From assembly GCF_009914755.1 (NCBI RefSeq), contig NC_060927.1: a DNA stretch of 64,000 nucleotides; one strand, written 5' to 3'. Below, piece after piece: positions 1-15,175 of this stretch (within the stretch, counting starts at the first letter, position 1; every line of letters starts with the position of its first letter). Under the pieces are notes generated by a model. It did no database searches. It had not been told where the DNA came from and saw only the letters and a program-made list of their open reading frames with translations. The stretch is from the human T2T-CHM13v2.0 reference genome, Homo sapiens. The position numbers and the translations under genes are program-made.

Positions 1-293
1 CCTCTACTGAGTTCACCAAGTTTCCTCCCACTATTTCTGTCTTCCACACCATGCTCCAGATCATTCAAGGACCCACATCTTCCTGTACCTGCCATGGTTT
101 TACATTTTGGTGCCTCACACATGCTCTTCTGACTTGTAGATTGTTCCTTCTGTTGTCTTCCAGTGTACTTCTATTCATCCTTCAAGGCCCAACTCAAATG
201 TCCCTTTTTCTGTAAAGAAAACCCTAAACCATCCTCCAAAGGGTTGCTTTCTCCTATGGGCTTCATAGTGCCCTGTCTACCTCTCTGTCATAA

Positions 294-433
294 CAGCTAA
301 CTTTTTGTATTTGTAGTAGAGATGGAGTTTTATCATGTTACCCAGGCTGGTCTCAAATTCCTGGGTTCAAGTGATCCACCTGCCTTGGCATCCCAAAGTG
401 TTGGGATTACAGGCGTGAGCCACGGGGCCCGGC
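294..433 (-). mobile_element. Alu left-arm fragment (AluJ/FLAM-like)
   Basis: ...cccaaagtgttgggattacaggcgtgagccac...cccggcc. Confidence 0.85.
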
Positions 434-963
434 CTGTTTACTTCTTTCTATATCTGCCTCCTGCTCTGGACCACAAGCTTGATAGGCTAGGAATTGTGCC
501 TGCTTTCTCAGAAGTCCCCACTGCTCAGCCCGGGGCATCTCAGCTTCCTGGCCTGGAGAAAGGGCAGGAGGGTGTGTCTGTGCACCAAGCACTGGCTGAC
601 CTCTTCTGACTTGTCTTTACCTGCAGGATGGGCAATGACAAAATCTCTTCCATTTTTTCTTTAAAATCTTCTTTAGTACCAAACATTCTTTGGCAGCCAC
701 AATCTCCTTCAAAACCCAGGCAAGGCATGCAGAGCTGGGGAAATTGCTGCAGGCAGGGAGCCCATGTCTTGGTGTCTCTCCTACATCTGTAGAGCTCCCT
801 TGGCCGCTGCCTGCTTATCTGTAAAGTGGGAAAGTAACTAACCTTCCAAGATTAGACCAGATCATGCCTGTCAAAGAGCCATAGAAACTGGAAGACACTG
901 GCCTCTGTGATTTCTCTGTCTCTGGTGTTTGCCTTCAGTCCATTTCTGAGTATTTTACTATAA

Positions 964-1160
964 GCATTTAAAACATCCTCAGCACGTTTAAGAAATCGCT
1001 GTCCTCAAAATGATGCCTGTGTGAGTTTTTGCTGTTGAAGGAATCTCTGATGGTGCCCGCATTTAAAACGTCCTCACCACATTAGGAAATTACCCCCTCC
1101 AAAGTGGTGACTATGTAAGTTGCTGTTAAAGGAATTTCTGATGGTGCCCGCATTTACAAC
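964..1160. repeat. Diverged tandem duplication, ~93-bp unit, ~2.1 copies
   Basis: gcattta starts at 964, 1059 and 1150; both units end ttgctgtt(g/a)aaggaat(c/t)tctgatggtgccc. Confidence 0.85.
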
Positions 1161-1206
1161 CAAGTGCCTTCAAGGGAGCCGACTTTGCCTTCAAGCTTCA
1201 ATAACT

Positions 1207-1427
1207 TGTTTTTTTCCTTTCTTTCTTTTTTTTTTTTTTTTTTGAGACAAGGTTTTGTTCTGTCGCCCAGGCTGGACTGCAGTGGCACCATCACGGCTCA
1301 CTGTAGCCTCAACCCCCCAGGGCTCAAGTGATCCTCCCACTTCATCCTCCCGAGTAGCTGGAACTACAGGCTCACGCCACCACGCCCGGCTAATTTTTGT
1401 GTTTTTTTGTAGACGGAGTTTCGCCAT
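1207..1427 (-). mobile_element. Alu, 5'-truncated (AluJ-like)
   Basis: Poly-T then gagacaagg...cccaggctggactgcagtgg. Confidence 0.88.
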
Positions 1428-2149
1428 AGTAACGTGTTTTTCTACCAAATAGACTCTAAAAGTGACTGGTGCACTAACGCCAGCTGATGCATGCCTGCAT
1501 TTTTTAAAGTTTTTAATGGGTAACTGTTTAATTCTTCCCAGGGAGATATTTTCTAGGCGATAGAGATATTTTGTAAATAATATACTTTCTTAGCGTGAGA
1601 GGGAAAGCAAGGAATGAAAAGTCAAAGCACCAAAAGTAAAACTATTTTGCCCTAAGTCAGGTCTAGGGATGGGAAACAGGATTCATTTTAACTCTAAGGA
1701 GTGAACATAGGGATCTCTGGGACATCTGTCTGTCAGGCAGAGTCGTCTGGAACACTTCCTAGAGATCTTGACCTGTCGCCATAAGTAGGGGAGGCTAATT
1801 AAAGGAAATAAAAGACTAGTAGCCAGGAGATTCCAACGTGCTGAAAAAACAAAGGCAGCCAACCTCCAAACTGCTAAGTAAGCTCCCTGCTCTGGCCCTG
1901 CCCAGCTTCCCCTTGCAGCCATCCAGATGCTCTTTGCTTTGCCTTAATTTCCACTACCTACACTTACTCTTCTCTGTTTACCCTGAGGGATTAGCAGAGA
2001 CGGCCCTTGAAACTGAGGCTAATTCTGCACCTGAGGCTCCCGGACCCCAACTGTGGGTCCCTCCAGGGCTGGCACTATCTATTCCTTGTCCTGTGTCCAA
2101 TGCAGGGCCCACTAGCAGGGTGTAGTGGTTCAGAGTGTAGACAGGGAAA

Positions 2150-3630
2150 TGCAGCAAGGAAATGCAAATGAAAACTGCTAGACACCACTGTACCTCCAAC
2201 AGAAAGACTAAAATGAAAAAGACTGACCATTGGCTGGGCGTGGTGGCTCATGGCTGTAATCCCAGCACTTTGGGAAGCCGAGGCAGGCAGATCACCTGAG
2301 GTCAGGAGTTCGAGACCAGCCTGGCCAACATGGCAAAACCCTGTCTCTACTAAAAATACAAAACTTAGCCAGGCATGATGGCCCATGCTTGTAATCCCAG
2401 CTATTCGGGAGGCTGAGGCAGGAGAATTGCTTGGACCTGGGAGGTGGAGGTTGCAGTGGCCAAGATAGCACCACTACACTCCAGCCTGGGCCAACAGAGC
2501 AAGACTCTGTCTCAAAAAAATATAAAAATAAAAATACTGACCATAGCAAGCATTGGTGAGGGTGTGGAGCAACTAGAACTTTCATTCCCTGCTGATGGGA
2601 ATGCACAATGGTACAGGCACTTAAGAAAACACTTCTGTGGTTGATTATAAAGTTAAATATGCACTTTACCATATGACCTAGCAATTCTACTCATAGGTAT
2701 TTTCAAAAGTGAAATGAGAACATACAGCCACACAAAGACTTGCACATAAATGTTCATAGCAGCATTATTCATGATAGCCCAAAAGTGAAAACAACCCAAA
2801 TGTCCATCAACTGATGAATGGATAAAAAAAAATGTGGTCTGTCCATACAATGAAATAATATTCAGCCATAAAAAGGAATGAAGCATATTGATACATGCTA
2901 TAACATGTATGAACCTTAAAAACATTACACTAAATGAAAGAAGCCAGACACAAAAGGCCACATGGTGTATTAAGTCCATTTATATGAAACGTCGAGAAGG
3001 CATATCCATAGACAGAAACTAAATTAGGGTTGCTTAAGGCTGGAGGAAGGAGTGGGGGGATTACCAAGGGATGCAGAATTTCTTTTTGTCGTACTAAAAT
3101 ATGTTCTAAAATTGACTGTGGTAATGGTTGCAAAACTCTGTGAATACCTGTATAGTATACTAAAAACCAACCATTGGTATCTCTCTGCTTGGCTTAAAAT
3201 ACAATAAAATTAAAACCACCCAATTATAAACTTTTTTTTTTTTTTTTTTTGAGACAGAGTCTCGCTCTGTCACCCAGGCTGGAGTGCAGCAGTATGATCT
3301 TGGCTCACTGCAACCTTCACTTCCCAGATTCAACCCCTACCTCCCCACCAAGCGATTCTCCCGCCTCAGCCTCGCAAGTACCTGGGATTACAGGTACACG
3401 TGCCACCACACCTGGCTAATTTTTATATTTTTAGTAGAGACAGGGTTTTGCCATGTTGGCCAGGCTGGTCTCGAACTCCTGACCTCAAGTGATCCTCCCG
3501 CCTCAGCCTCCCGAAGTGCTAGGATTACAGGTGTGAGCCACCGCACCTGGCCCCCAATTGTACACTTTAAAAGGATGAATTGGTATGTAAATTCTGTCTC
3601 AATAAAGCTGTTACTTAAATAAGTGAATAA
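2150..3630 (+). mobile_element. Old L1M 3' segment interrupted by Alus at 2232-2530 (+) and 3232-3555 (-)
   Basis: L1 3' motifs gttcatagcagcattattcatgatagccc, caacccaaatgtccatcaactgatgaatggataa, tctcaataaagctgtt; first Alu has TSD aaaa(g/t)actgaccat. Confidence 0.88.
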
Positions 3631-4638
3631 AGAAATAAATTGTGGTGATGGATGGTAATCATTGTTCAGCCCAACCCCAGCAGTCTTGCAGCTGGAGAGT
3701 CCCATAATTAGCAACCTGCAGATTGAATCAGGCTGCGGGAGCTTGTTTGGCTAGTGGCATTTGAAAACAGTTTATGATCTCCTTGCCTTCAGGCCAGGTA
3801 TGCTTCTCCAGTGCTCTGTCAGGGCACACAGGATACTCATTTACACAACCTGATTGGCTTGATATGTTCAGCCTTGTGCGAAGTCAGGGGACCCCTGGGA
3901 GCCCAGAGCAGAGGGGACAAGGCCCTGACCTAGCCTAAGCTTCTCTAGAAGCTCAGAAGCCACTGTACCCAGCACTGTCATGGGTGTTACATAATAAGAT
4001 GATGCCACGCTGGCCAATAGGGCTAACTTGTTTTTAAACTGGCAGAGTGGACTCTAGGATTGGGCCCATTGTCGGTGTGAGACTGGTCTGATGTCCCATT
4101 GCATACTCTTTTGCATAACAGCAATAGCAGACAGCATTTATGGAGTGCTCACTGTGCGAGTCCTTAGTATGTAGCATCTTATTTAACCCTGGCCCCAGCC
4201 CTAAAGGGGAGGTCCTAGTGTTACCCATTTGATGGTTGTGTACCTTGCTCCAGGCCACCCAGCTGTAGGGAGTGGAGCAGGGATTGGAACCCTAGTCCGG
4301 ACCCACGGTTGGCTTCACTGGAGCCACAGAGACAGAGACCGAGGCATCATTTGCTCCTACCACACTGTGAGAGGGCAGAGGCAGGGAGGAAACAGGGCTT
4401 GTCCACAGGTCCGACAGCCAGAACCAGACTATTTCGTCCCCAGACTCTCCACTCAGTTCTGTTGGTGCCACTTTGGTTCTCACATCAGAAGCACAGAGGA
4501 GCAGTGCATTTGCCCCGTGAGCAACAGGCGAGGAGGGGCGGGGAAGCACCATGGCCTTTCTATCCTGAGATTGGGAAGAGCTAGATGTACGAAATTACCA
4601 GACAGGAAGGAGTATCTGGAGAGCAATTTAACATTGAT

Positions 4639-4752
4639 AGGGAGGGAGGGAGGGAACGAGGAAGAAGGGAAGGAAGGAAGGGAAGAGGGAGGGAAGGAAA
4701 GAGAGAGGGAAGGAAGGAAAGAAAAAAGAAAGGAAAGGAGGGAGGGAGGGAG
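4639..4752 (+). repeat. GA-rich polypurine low-complexity tract
   Basis: (GGGA/GGAA/GAAA)n-like run, nearly all purine. Confidence 0.9.
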
Positions 4753-4975
4753 TAAATTCCTTGCAGCCCACTGAATATTTATAAGATGAGTGGTGTTATT
4801 TCTTGGTTGTTTGGTTGACTGGTTGGTTTTGGGGATCATCAATAATGGACAAAGCATAGGTTCAGCTGCCTATTTGAATTAATTCCTGGATTTTCTTATT
4901 TAAGAAAACTCTGGCAGCCAGGCCCTGAGCTCCTGCCTGATTGTCCTTTGGCTCCCTGACTCTCTCTCCCATTTC

Positions 4976-5341
<366 letters not shown>

Positions 5342-5390
5342 TGAAGAGATCATGAATGGGCTGGGCTCACATTTAGAAACAGATACAGGA

Positions 5391-5786
<396 letters not shown>

Positions 5787-6244
5787 TCACGCTGAGTGGT
5801 GATGGCAAGAGTAGCTGGCATTATTGAGCACCCGCTCCCAGCCAGGTACTACGCACATCATCCTCAAACCTCTCAGTGTCCTTGCAGGGGTAGCCCTGCT
5901 TTCCCCATTTTACAGATGAGCGACCCGTGGCTTAGGAAGATCATGTCACACAAATGCCCGCAAGTGCAAGCTCTCGATTTTTCTAATCCTTGAGAGTGGA
6001 TGCTTTTTCTCTTCATCTATTTTGTCTTGGCTGATGGCTGGTGATACAGCTTTCTACAATTGGACCAACTTTCCCTGCCCAGCTCTTTCACAAACATTCC
6101 AGGTGGATTTATCATCCTGTGGGCTATATGGGACATTCTTATTCATTAATCTGCAGCAGAGCCCAAAGACAAAAGCAAACAGGAGACTCCATTCATTTAA
6201 AAAAAAAAGTGAATTAAATAGTACTCATCAAAAGAACTTGGTCA

Positions 6245-6601
<357 letters not shown>

Positions 6602-8686
6602 TCAAATAACATATTCTTTTCTGATAGCAAGGCCCAGAAAGCTACCACCTGCTGCTGTTTCTGCCTCTTCTGGCCATTCAACAAGTGTTCACTGATGACT
6701 CTCGGGAGAAAGTCAAGGCACAGAGATGAATAAGGCCCAGGCCCCGCCCTGCAGACCCCCAGGCCACTGGATGACATCCCTCCTGAAAGAGCAATGAATG
6801 CCAGGCCTTGTCTGATAAGAGCTATGGAAAGGCTGTCATGAAAGTGCAGAGAAGACAGAGGGCTTTCCTGCCTAAGGGAATCAGGTGAGGCTGAAGGATG
6901 GGTAAGAATTGGACAGGAAGACACAGTGAGGAAGGGCGTCTTGGAGGGCCCAGTTTCTTCCTCTCCATCGTTGTGGCTGATAGACATTGCATATGCCAGG
7001 ACTGTGCCACCCACTGTATCCACATCGCTCCTGCTGAGGCTGCTACCACCCCCACCCCCACCTTTCAGATGAGCAACTGAAGTTCCAAGAGGCTAAGCCG
7101 CTGCCCAAGGTCCTAGGTGCGTTCCAGAAGCAGGCTTTGAATCCAGCTCTCTTGGCGCCCCTGCTGTTAGGTTGATTTACTGTTTTCAAAGAACCTTCAA
7201 ACACGTTATCCCATTTCATCTTCCTGTGCCTGGGGTTTCTCTATGTCTCACCAGCCTGTTGGCACAGATGAGTCACCCTGCCCGTAATAACGTGAATTTT
7301 ACTCTCCCAGCCTCCCCCTCTGCTCGCTCACCCCGGTCCTCCAGCCACCTGCACAGCCTCGCCCACTTCTGGCGGGAGTCCCCGGGGTGTCTGTGATCTC
7401 CTTTTCCTCCTCAACCCCACTCATTCAAGTTCACTGCCCAAGGAGGCAGCTGGAGGTCACTCCTCTTCCCTCCATTCCCGGTGTGTGTTGCTTCGAAAAT
7501 TCTTTCCCAGCACCAGGGCTAGAGTAAGGTGGCTGGCGAGGAGAGGGGAGACCATGGTTCTACTACCCACTGAGTGTGGGACCTCAGTGGCCGCCGTCAT
7601 CATCCTTCTGGGAGCCTCAGGTTTCTTATCTGTGAAAGGAAAGGGGTTCAGTTTCATACATGTCCCTCTGAGCAGCGGTCAAATGTGATACAGTAAACCA
7701 AGGGCCCTAAGGAAATTGGAGAATCAGCTCCCAGCACTCCATGGGACACACACATCAGCAGTCACACCTCCAGGCCCCATGTGTTGGGGGTAAGTGCCAT
7801 AAGGGAATGAAACTGGTGGGAAGGGCTGTTCCTGGCTCGGGGGGCCCATATGGAGGCCGTTCCTCCAGGCCTTAACACAAGCCAGATCCTGCTCTCAGAA
7901 TTCACCAGCATTACCCACAAGTCCTCCCGGGGGCCAGCTGTGGCAGGAACCAGTTGAATTCCCATGTTAGAGACAAATAAACTGAGGAGGCTCAGAGAGG
8001 CAAAGTCACTTGTCCAAGGTCACACAGCTAGTCAGTGGTAGAATCCGGTAGAACTGGGTCTGAGGGCCCCCCCGTCAACCCAGCCTCTTAACTGCTGTCT
8101 TCACAGAAAAGGGGCCAGTACATCCTGGCACTGAAAAATCAGCGCAGCCGTTCAGCACTACCCCTGCCTATAGGAATGATTCTCTGGATAGAATCATTCG
8201 TCATTTCCTCATCTGCACAGTCAGCTAGAACAAGAATTCCTGGAGCTCAAGTAGGCTCCAATGGGGATCTGCTCCCAACTCACAGAAAAGATTAAGCTGA
8301 CGGCCATGGCAATTTCAACTGAGTTTTCCTTCTTTGTCGTTTTCTGAAACCTTCAGAGCCTAGAGCCCCTTGTTCCTGCTGGGACTTCGTGTGTGATAGT
8401 ATCTGGCTGACCAGAATTGTCGTAATCATGAATATCATCCAGCACTGTGCTGAACCCTTCACACACCTTGCCTCATTTAACCCTCACCATGACACCGTGG
8501 GACAGACATTTGATGTTTGTCTTGCAGAGAAAAAAACCAAGGCTAGAATAGGAGAAGTGTTTGTGTCTTGCCAGAGGGGACCCAGGTAGTAAGTGACCAA
8601 GCTGGCACTTGAATCAGGTCCATGTAGCCCTAAAGCCTGTGCTCTTAACCACCACCTTGGACTGAGTTTCTTATTTTCCGCTTTCT

Positions 8687-8855
8687 CAGTAGTTCTCTAC
8701 CCAGACTGCACATTTGAAATACCTGAGATGCTTTTTAAACATACTGTGGCTAGGCCCATCTGAGACCAATGAGGTCAGTCTCTCTGGGACCCAGATTGGA
8801 GACCTTGGCTCTAGGAAGTTCCTGCGGTTCCAACAAGAGCACCTGAGCCTCAGCT
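8687..8855. mobile_element. MER5A-like hAT MITE
   Basis: cagtagttctc...ctgcacatttgaaatacctgagatgctttttaaacatact resembles the MER5A consensus. Confidence 0.6.
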
Positions 8856-9853
8856 TGATCAAGTCTGACAAGTTTCGGAAGTAGCAGGAGAAGGGTGTGG
8901 GGCTGCGGGGAAGAGATGGCCTGTAGCTGATTCTTCTCCCTCTCACGTTCCCTTCCACTTCTTCTCCTCTTCCAGCCCACCCAGGAAGTGGCCTCCAGCC
9001 TCCCTCGTGGTCTGAGACCATTTGGCATTTGGGATAAGGATTTCTATGTGGCCCCTATCCCAGATGGTGTCTTGTAAGCACGGCACGTCATGGGTGCTTA
9101 GCAAACATTTGTCGAACAGATTCTTGAAAGACTCCTCCATCCGTTGCTTTCAGGCAGATGAGATTGCCTGGATTGATTTTGCAGGACTTGAAAGAACATC
9201 CACAATGGGCCCCAGTGTCACCCACCCCAGCAGGTCGCATGCCCCTCAGCAGAACCCCCAGGTGCCCTTGTGCCACACTTTTCCCAGCAATCTGTATTAA
9301 CTTAAAAAAAGAAATCCTTTCTAATTTAATAGGTTGGAAACAATCTCGGTTTTGGTTTGAATTTACATTTCTTTGAATACTGGTGAGGATGAACTTTTTT
9401 TCATACGCTTATTAGTCATTTGAATTGCTTCTTCTGTGAATTGTCTGTTCCCAATTTACTAATTTACAGAGAGAAATGTAACTGCCAAAGGGACCGGATA
9501 CACGTGTCCTCCAGCCAACACGTCAGCTCCCTGCAGGCACACTCCGCAGAAAGCCAAGTTCAAATCAAAATGGTGCTTGGTGAGCACAGAATGAGAAGGG
9601 AGGGGTCAGTTATGGGACTCCAGTGTTTAGCAGCATCGGGGCGAGCTAGACCTACCACGAGGCTCCCCCAAATCCTTGGCCTGGGTCCTCTTTTTCCTCC
9701 TCTTCCCTCTGCCTCCCTGGCTACCCAAGCTTTCTTCAGAAGGACATGTATATGTTTTCTTTAGAAACTCCACTGCATCCATTTAGGGCTGTCTCTGGCC
9801 TAGTTTCCCTCTGGGTTGTATACTTGAACTCTCAGAGGGCAATCTTCATTCCT

Positions 9854-10180
9854 TTTTTAATATGTATTTTTTTGAGACAGGGTCTTGATCTCTCACCCAG
9901 GCTCTTGATTTCTCACCCAGGCTGGAGTTCAGTGGTACCATCATCACGGCTCACTGCAGGCTTGACCTCGCAGGCTCAAGCAACCCTCCCACCTCACCCT
10001 CCCAAGTAGCTGGGACTACAGGCCTGCACCACCACGCCCAGCTAATTTTTGTATTTTTTTTAGAGATGAGGTTTTGCTGTGTTGCCCAGGCAGGTCTTGA
10101 ACTCCTAGGCTCAAGTGATCCGCCCACTTCAGCCTCCCAAAGTGCTGGGATTACAGGCATGAGCCAATGCGCCCAACGGC
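9854..10180 (-). mobile_element. AluJ
   Basis: Full length; TSD aatcttcattcct; internal ~20-bp duplication near 9883-9922. Confidence 0.92.
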
Positions 10181-13100
10181 AATCTTCATTCCTAATCCCT
10201 TGCCTCCTTCGACTGCCTACCCAGGGGTTTGCAAGGGGTAACTCACACGTTTTGGGGTGTCTGCCTCCCTGGTTGTCTGGGAATTGTCCCCTTCCCTCCT
10301 CCAAAGCAACTCCAGGGGGTCTGCCAAACTCCACAATGCAGTCCATATTTGGAGCATTTATATACTTGAGCATTTTTCTGGAGTGAGAATCAAGCCTCTC
10401 CCTAGACCCTCATAGGAGTCTCTGACCTCCAAAAGGCTAAGATCTGTTGCTACCAAGGACTTTGAGAATGCAAAGGAAGATGCTAAATGGTGTAAACCCA
10501 AGAAAAAAAAGAGAGGAATCAGACAGAGGGGCTCTGGGGGAGGGTAGATGCATGCATGGTCAGGGAAGGCTCCTGGAGCAGGAGATTGAGCTTGAAGGAC
10601 AGGCAAGCCTTCACTCAAGGAAGGGAGGAGTAGAAAGAAGACTGTAGGCGCACAAGGCCCGGCACCTCTCCCCTGGAGTAGGCAGCAGCTTCCTCCCTGC
10701 AGCCTCTCAGCCCCCAGGCCTCCAGAGCCATCTTCTAAAACCACATCTGGCTGAGACTTTCCCTCCTTCCTCCCTTCCCTGTGGCCCTGTCGCCCTTGGT
10801 ATAAGACCTAAGCCCCTAAGGACAGCATCTGAGGCCCTTTCACAGCCAGGATCCCACTTTCCTTTCCAGGCTTGCTTCTCCCAGGCAGGCTGCCTGATGG
10901 TTCCTGGATATGCCGTGTGTGTCCACACCTCTGGGCCTCTGCTCAGGTAGGTCCCTCTGCCTGGGGTGCCCTCTCTGACTTGGTCAGCTCCTCCCCATTC
11001 TCCAAGACCCAGCAAAAGTCCACTCCTCCAAGAAGTCTTTCCTCAGCCTCCTCCTCCTGGGCGTCCCTCAGTTAGCATTGGCCACACTACTTGAGAGTCC
11101 AACTTTCCAGAGCTTCCTCCCCTGCTAGACTGTGAGAGCTTTGCCATCAAATATCGCCTTGGGTTTACTTGGGTGTCCCAACCCTCCAGTGTAGAGATGG
11201 CATACAGGAACTGAATGGATGAGCAGGTCACTGAGCAGACACGCTGGGGAAAGCACCACGTGGAGGGAATCAAGAGAGCTGGATTCTCATTCCAGTCTTC
11301 TGGCTCCTCAGGTAAATTCCTTCTTCTCTCTAGACCTCAGTTTCCTTGTCTGTAGAAGGAGAACATTGGGACTTGACTATCCTGCAATGCTATTTATTAA
11401 GACTTACCCCGTACGAGGCCCTATTCTAGAAATGTACATACTATGATGATAGTATGACGTATATACTAATAGTAATGTAGATAACTATAAGTATTTCTGG
11501 TCAAATGAAAATATAAAGACAAAGTCCTTGAAGTTACTTGCGGTCTAGTTCTGGAACCAAGGAAGGCAGGACCAAGACCTTTTAGGGGAGTGTATTCCAT
11601 TATAGGAAACATCATGCTGCTCTTGGCCCCCACGAGGTCCCTTGGGGAAGGGAAATAAACATGGATGTGACAGTCAGGCCGAGCATAGCCCAGATCCCTG
11701 CTCTGTACTCTGTAGATGTGTGACCCTTACAAGTCTCTTTACCTCTCTGAGCCTTGAAAATTGGAGACTGTGTAGCTATCTCAGAAAGTTGCTGTGAGGA
11801 CTCCCTTGGATGTAGGACTCTGAATACTAGGAATCCTTTCTTTTTAGTCCCATGGAGTATAAGGAAAGGGAGGGAGATTGGACAAGGGACTCCATGCTGT
11901 AAGCCTCAGTTTCCTCATCTGCCAAATGTCCCCATAACAGCCCCCTCTGAGGGCTGGTTTGAGGTAAACTGAGGTCGAGGGTAAAGCAACTGCACTGGGC
12001 ACTCAGTGAATGCGAGCTTCCCTCCAGCCTGGCGGTGGGGCATAAACTCCGCTCCATCTTCTTGGGCAGGTTTAGAGCAAGGGATTCGGAAATGCTCTGG
12101 AGACAGTCAAGAAGGAAGCACAGAAAAGGAAGAGTCAGAGGAAGCCTCTGGAACACGTGAGGATTTGCCTTCTCCCATCAGAACATGCTCTTAAACAAAC
12201 AGCAAGCTTCCTCCATTAATAAGTCCTGTGGAATGCACATGAGATTTTTTTTTCCTCCTCCTTTTTGCTGATTAAGTTCCCCCAAAACCCCCTTAAGAAT
12301 TTTAATAAGAAATGCAAAAATCAACAAAAGTCCAGCAAACCCTTTCCTGTTATTAAATAAAGGGAAAGTAAATATTGCAAATTGGACATATTTCATAAGA
12401 GGATGTTTTGTTTGGGTGAAAAAAATGAGAAAGAAAAGAAAAAGCTATTTGCTGTCTGGCAGCAAATATATGTCTTTGCTGAGTTTTGGTTTCAAATTTG
12501 ATGACTGGGGCATTATTCCTGGTTTGCCTGGAATCCAGGCCTTTTGATATCTGAGGCAGATGTACCCAGGCAAGCAGGAAAGCCAGGTTTGGGCCATGTT
12601 CGGCCTCTTCTTCCGTATCTCTTGTGAGGAGACCAGAGTTTTTCAGCCACCCAGGAAATTAAAATTCTGAGCTCAGAGGTGGGGACCTACAGGGGAGTCA
12701 CATGCAAGACAAAAACAACTTGCAACAAAGAAGATATGTATGTTATTTTGAGAGAGAAAGAGAGGAAACATAACACTAAAGGTTGTCTGTACCTTCTTTT
12801 TGGATAAGATATGAGATCATAAAATACATTGTACATCAAATGCATCAACATAGGCAAAAGGGCCTGTTGTGTTGGAGGACGTGGGTTTAAATCCCCCTGT
12901 TGTCACTCTTAGCTGGGTTACCTTGGGTAAATTATTTAACTTCTCCGAGTCTTACTTTCCTCATCTTTAAAATGGGGAGAATAAAAATATTTACTAACAG
13001 AGGCGTGGTGAGGAATCGAAGAGTGGGAAAACAGGCTGATGAAAGTTAAAACTCTAGGCTCAATGTGTACTCATATTATTTTGTGTACCATGACAAATGG

Positions 13101-13759
13101 AAAGGAAGGGAGGAAAGAGGAGAAGCGATGGTCTTTTATCACTTGGTAGTGAGGAACAGTTTCCAAAGAACACTCGGGATCGTGATTTCACATGCTGGTC
13201 AGCACAGCTCTGGGAGGCTGGCAAAGTGAGGACTGCCCTTTTATTCCAGTTGGAGCACCTGGTGCCGGAAAGTGGGCGTGGTCTGTCAAGAACACACATT
13301 AAGAAATGGTCTATGTAACCATGAGTTTAGAGAAAATGACAAAAAAGAAGGTGAAAAGGGTGAGAAACTAGAAGGTGTGACCACTGCCAGCCACCCTGCT
13401 CCCATAGGAGGAGCCACATTTTCACCAGGGCCCCTGCACCTGCTCCTCAGTCCTCTGTTTCCTCCTTGAAGTGATCCTCACCTGGCGCTCACTTCTCTCT
13501 GGCAGGGACAGCAGTTGCAGGGTGGTGGGATCATTTGTGGAATGCCGGGACTGGGTTCTTACCTTGGAAATGCTGACGAATGGGACCCTACCACGCCACA
13601 TTGCCACAGCAACAAAGCCCAGGCCTGAGCTTTGCAGGGTCAGCACTTGTGGGCTCCTGACCTCCTTCCCCAGCCTCCTCGAGGCCCTCCCGCAGTACTG
13701 GCTACCTCCATCTTCAAACTGTTGATCTTAAATAGCAAAATTACTTTGGTTTTGTTGTT

Positions 13760-14790
13760 TCCTAGCTTTGTACTTATTTGTTTGCTTGAAGCATCTTTTT
13801 GCACAAATATTAAAATATACAAATTAATACAACAATCATTTAACAATCACCTATAATCCCACCACCCATATTTGCTTCTAATTTTTTTTTCTTTTTAGGA
13901 AATAACACAATAGAGACAAAGCTGAAGTCCCTTTATCTACTACCCAAGTCCCACAGATAACTAATGAATTTGGTGTATATCCTTCTCATTATTTTCCAAT
14001 ATTTTAACATACCTATCCATATATTTAGCATTTGATATTGATTTATGTCTTAATTTACATAAATGGTATCATATGATTCACATTGGTGTACATCTTGCCT
14101 TTATCAACAAATGTTATGTTTTTGAAATCTACCTATGTTAATATATACTGTCTATAAAAGAGCTCCAGCCTGGGCAACATAGTGAGATCCTGTCTCTACA
14201 AAATTTTTTAAAATTAGCTAGGTGTGGTGGCACAGGCATGTAGTTCCAGCTACCCAGGAGGCTGAGACAGGAGGATGGCTTGAGGCCAAGAGTTTAAGGC
14301 TGCAGCAAGCTGTGATCACTCCATCGCATTCCAGCCTGGGTGACAGAGCCAGATCCTGTCCCCAAAAAAAAAAAAAAGAATTTGCTCACTCCTTTCAGCT
14401 GCTGCATTGCTACATAGCACTCCACTGTGTGAACATTTTATACCACGTTTTACGTATCCACTTCTCTAGGGATGAACATTTACGTTGTCTTTTTTTTTCT
14501 TTTTCTTTTTTCGAGACAAGGTCTTGTTCTGTCACCCAGGCTGGAGTGCAGTGGAGTGATCATGGCTCACTGCAGCCTTGAACTCCTGGCCTCAAACCAT
14601 CCTCCTGCCTCAGCCTCCTGAGTAGCTGGGACCACAGGCATTCACCCCCATGCCGGGCTAAAAGTTGTCTCCTTTTAAAAAAAAAACCATAATGCTTTAA
14701 TAAAAATCTTTGTATTTATTTCTTTGGCCACAGATGCCTAAGTTTCTCTAGGAAATTTACACAGAAGTAGAGTTTGTTTGATTGTTCATG
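13760..14790 (-). mobile_element. Degraded L1ME-like segment with partial Alus at 14164-14377 (+) and 14488-14660 (-)
   Basis: tttacataaatggtatcat, gttatgtttttgaaatctacc, tttctctaggaaatttacacagaagtagag are antisense L1 3' motifs. Confidence 0.65.
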
Positions 14791-14841
14791 GGAAGAAACA
14801 GGGCAGGAGTAGGAGTATGAAATCTAGTCCACCCTCTGATG

Positions 14842-15175
<334 letters not shown>

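Noticed and set aside
4229-4857. 181-aa and 125-aa ORFs
   Set aside because: Extended by the GA-rich low-complexity tract; no homology recognised
7152-7170. CTCF-like CAGCAGGGGCGCC on the minus strand
   Set aside because: One G short of the core spacing and lacks the upstream CC
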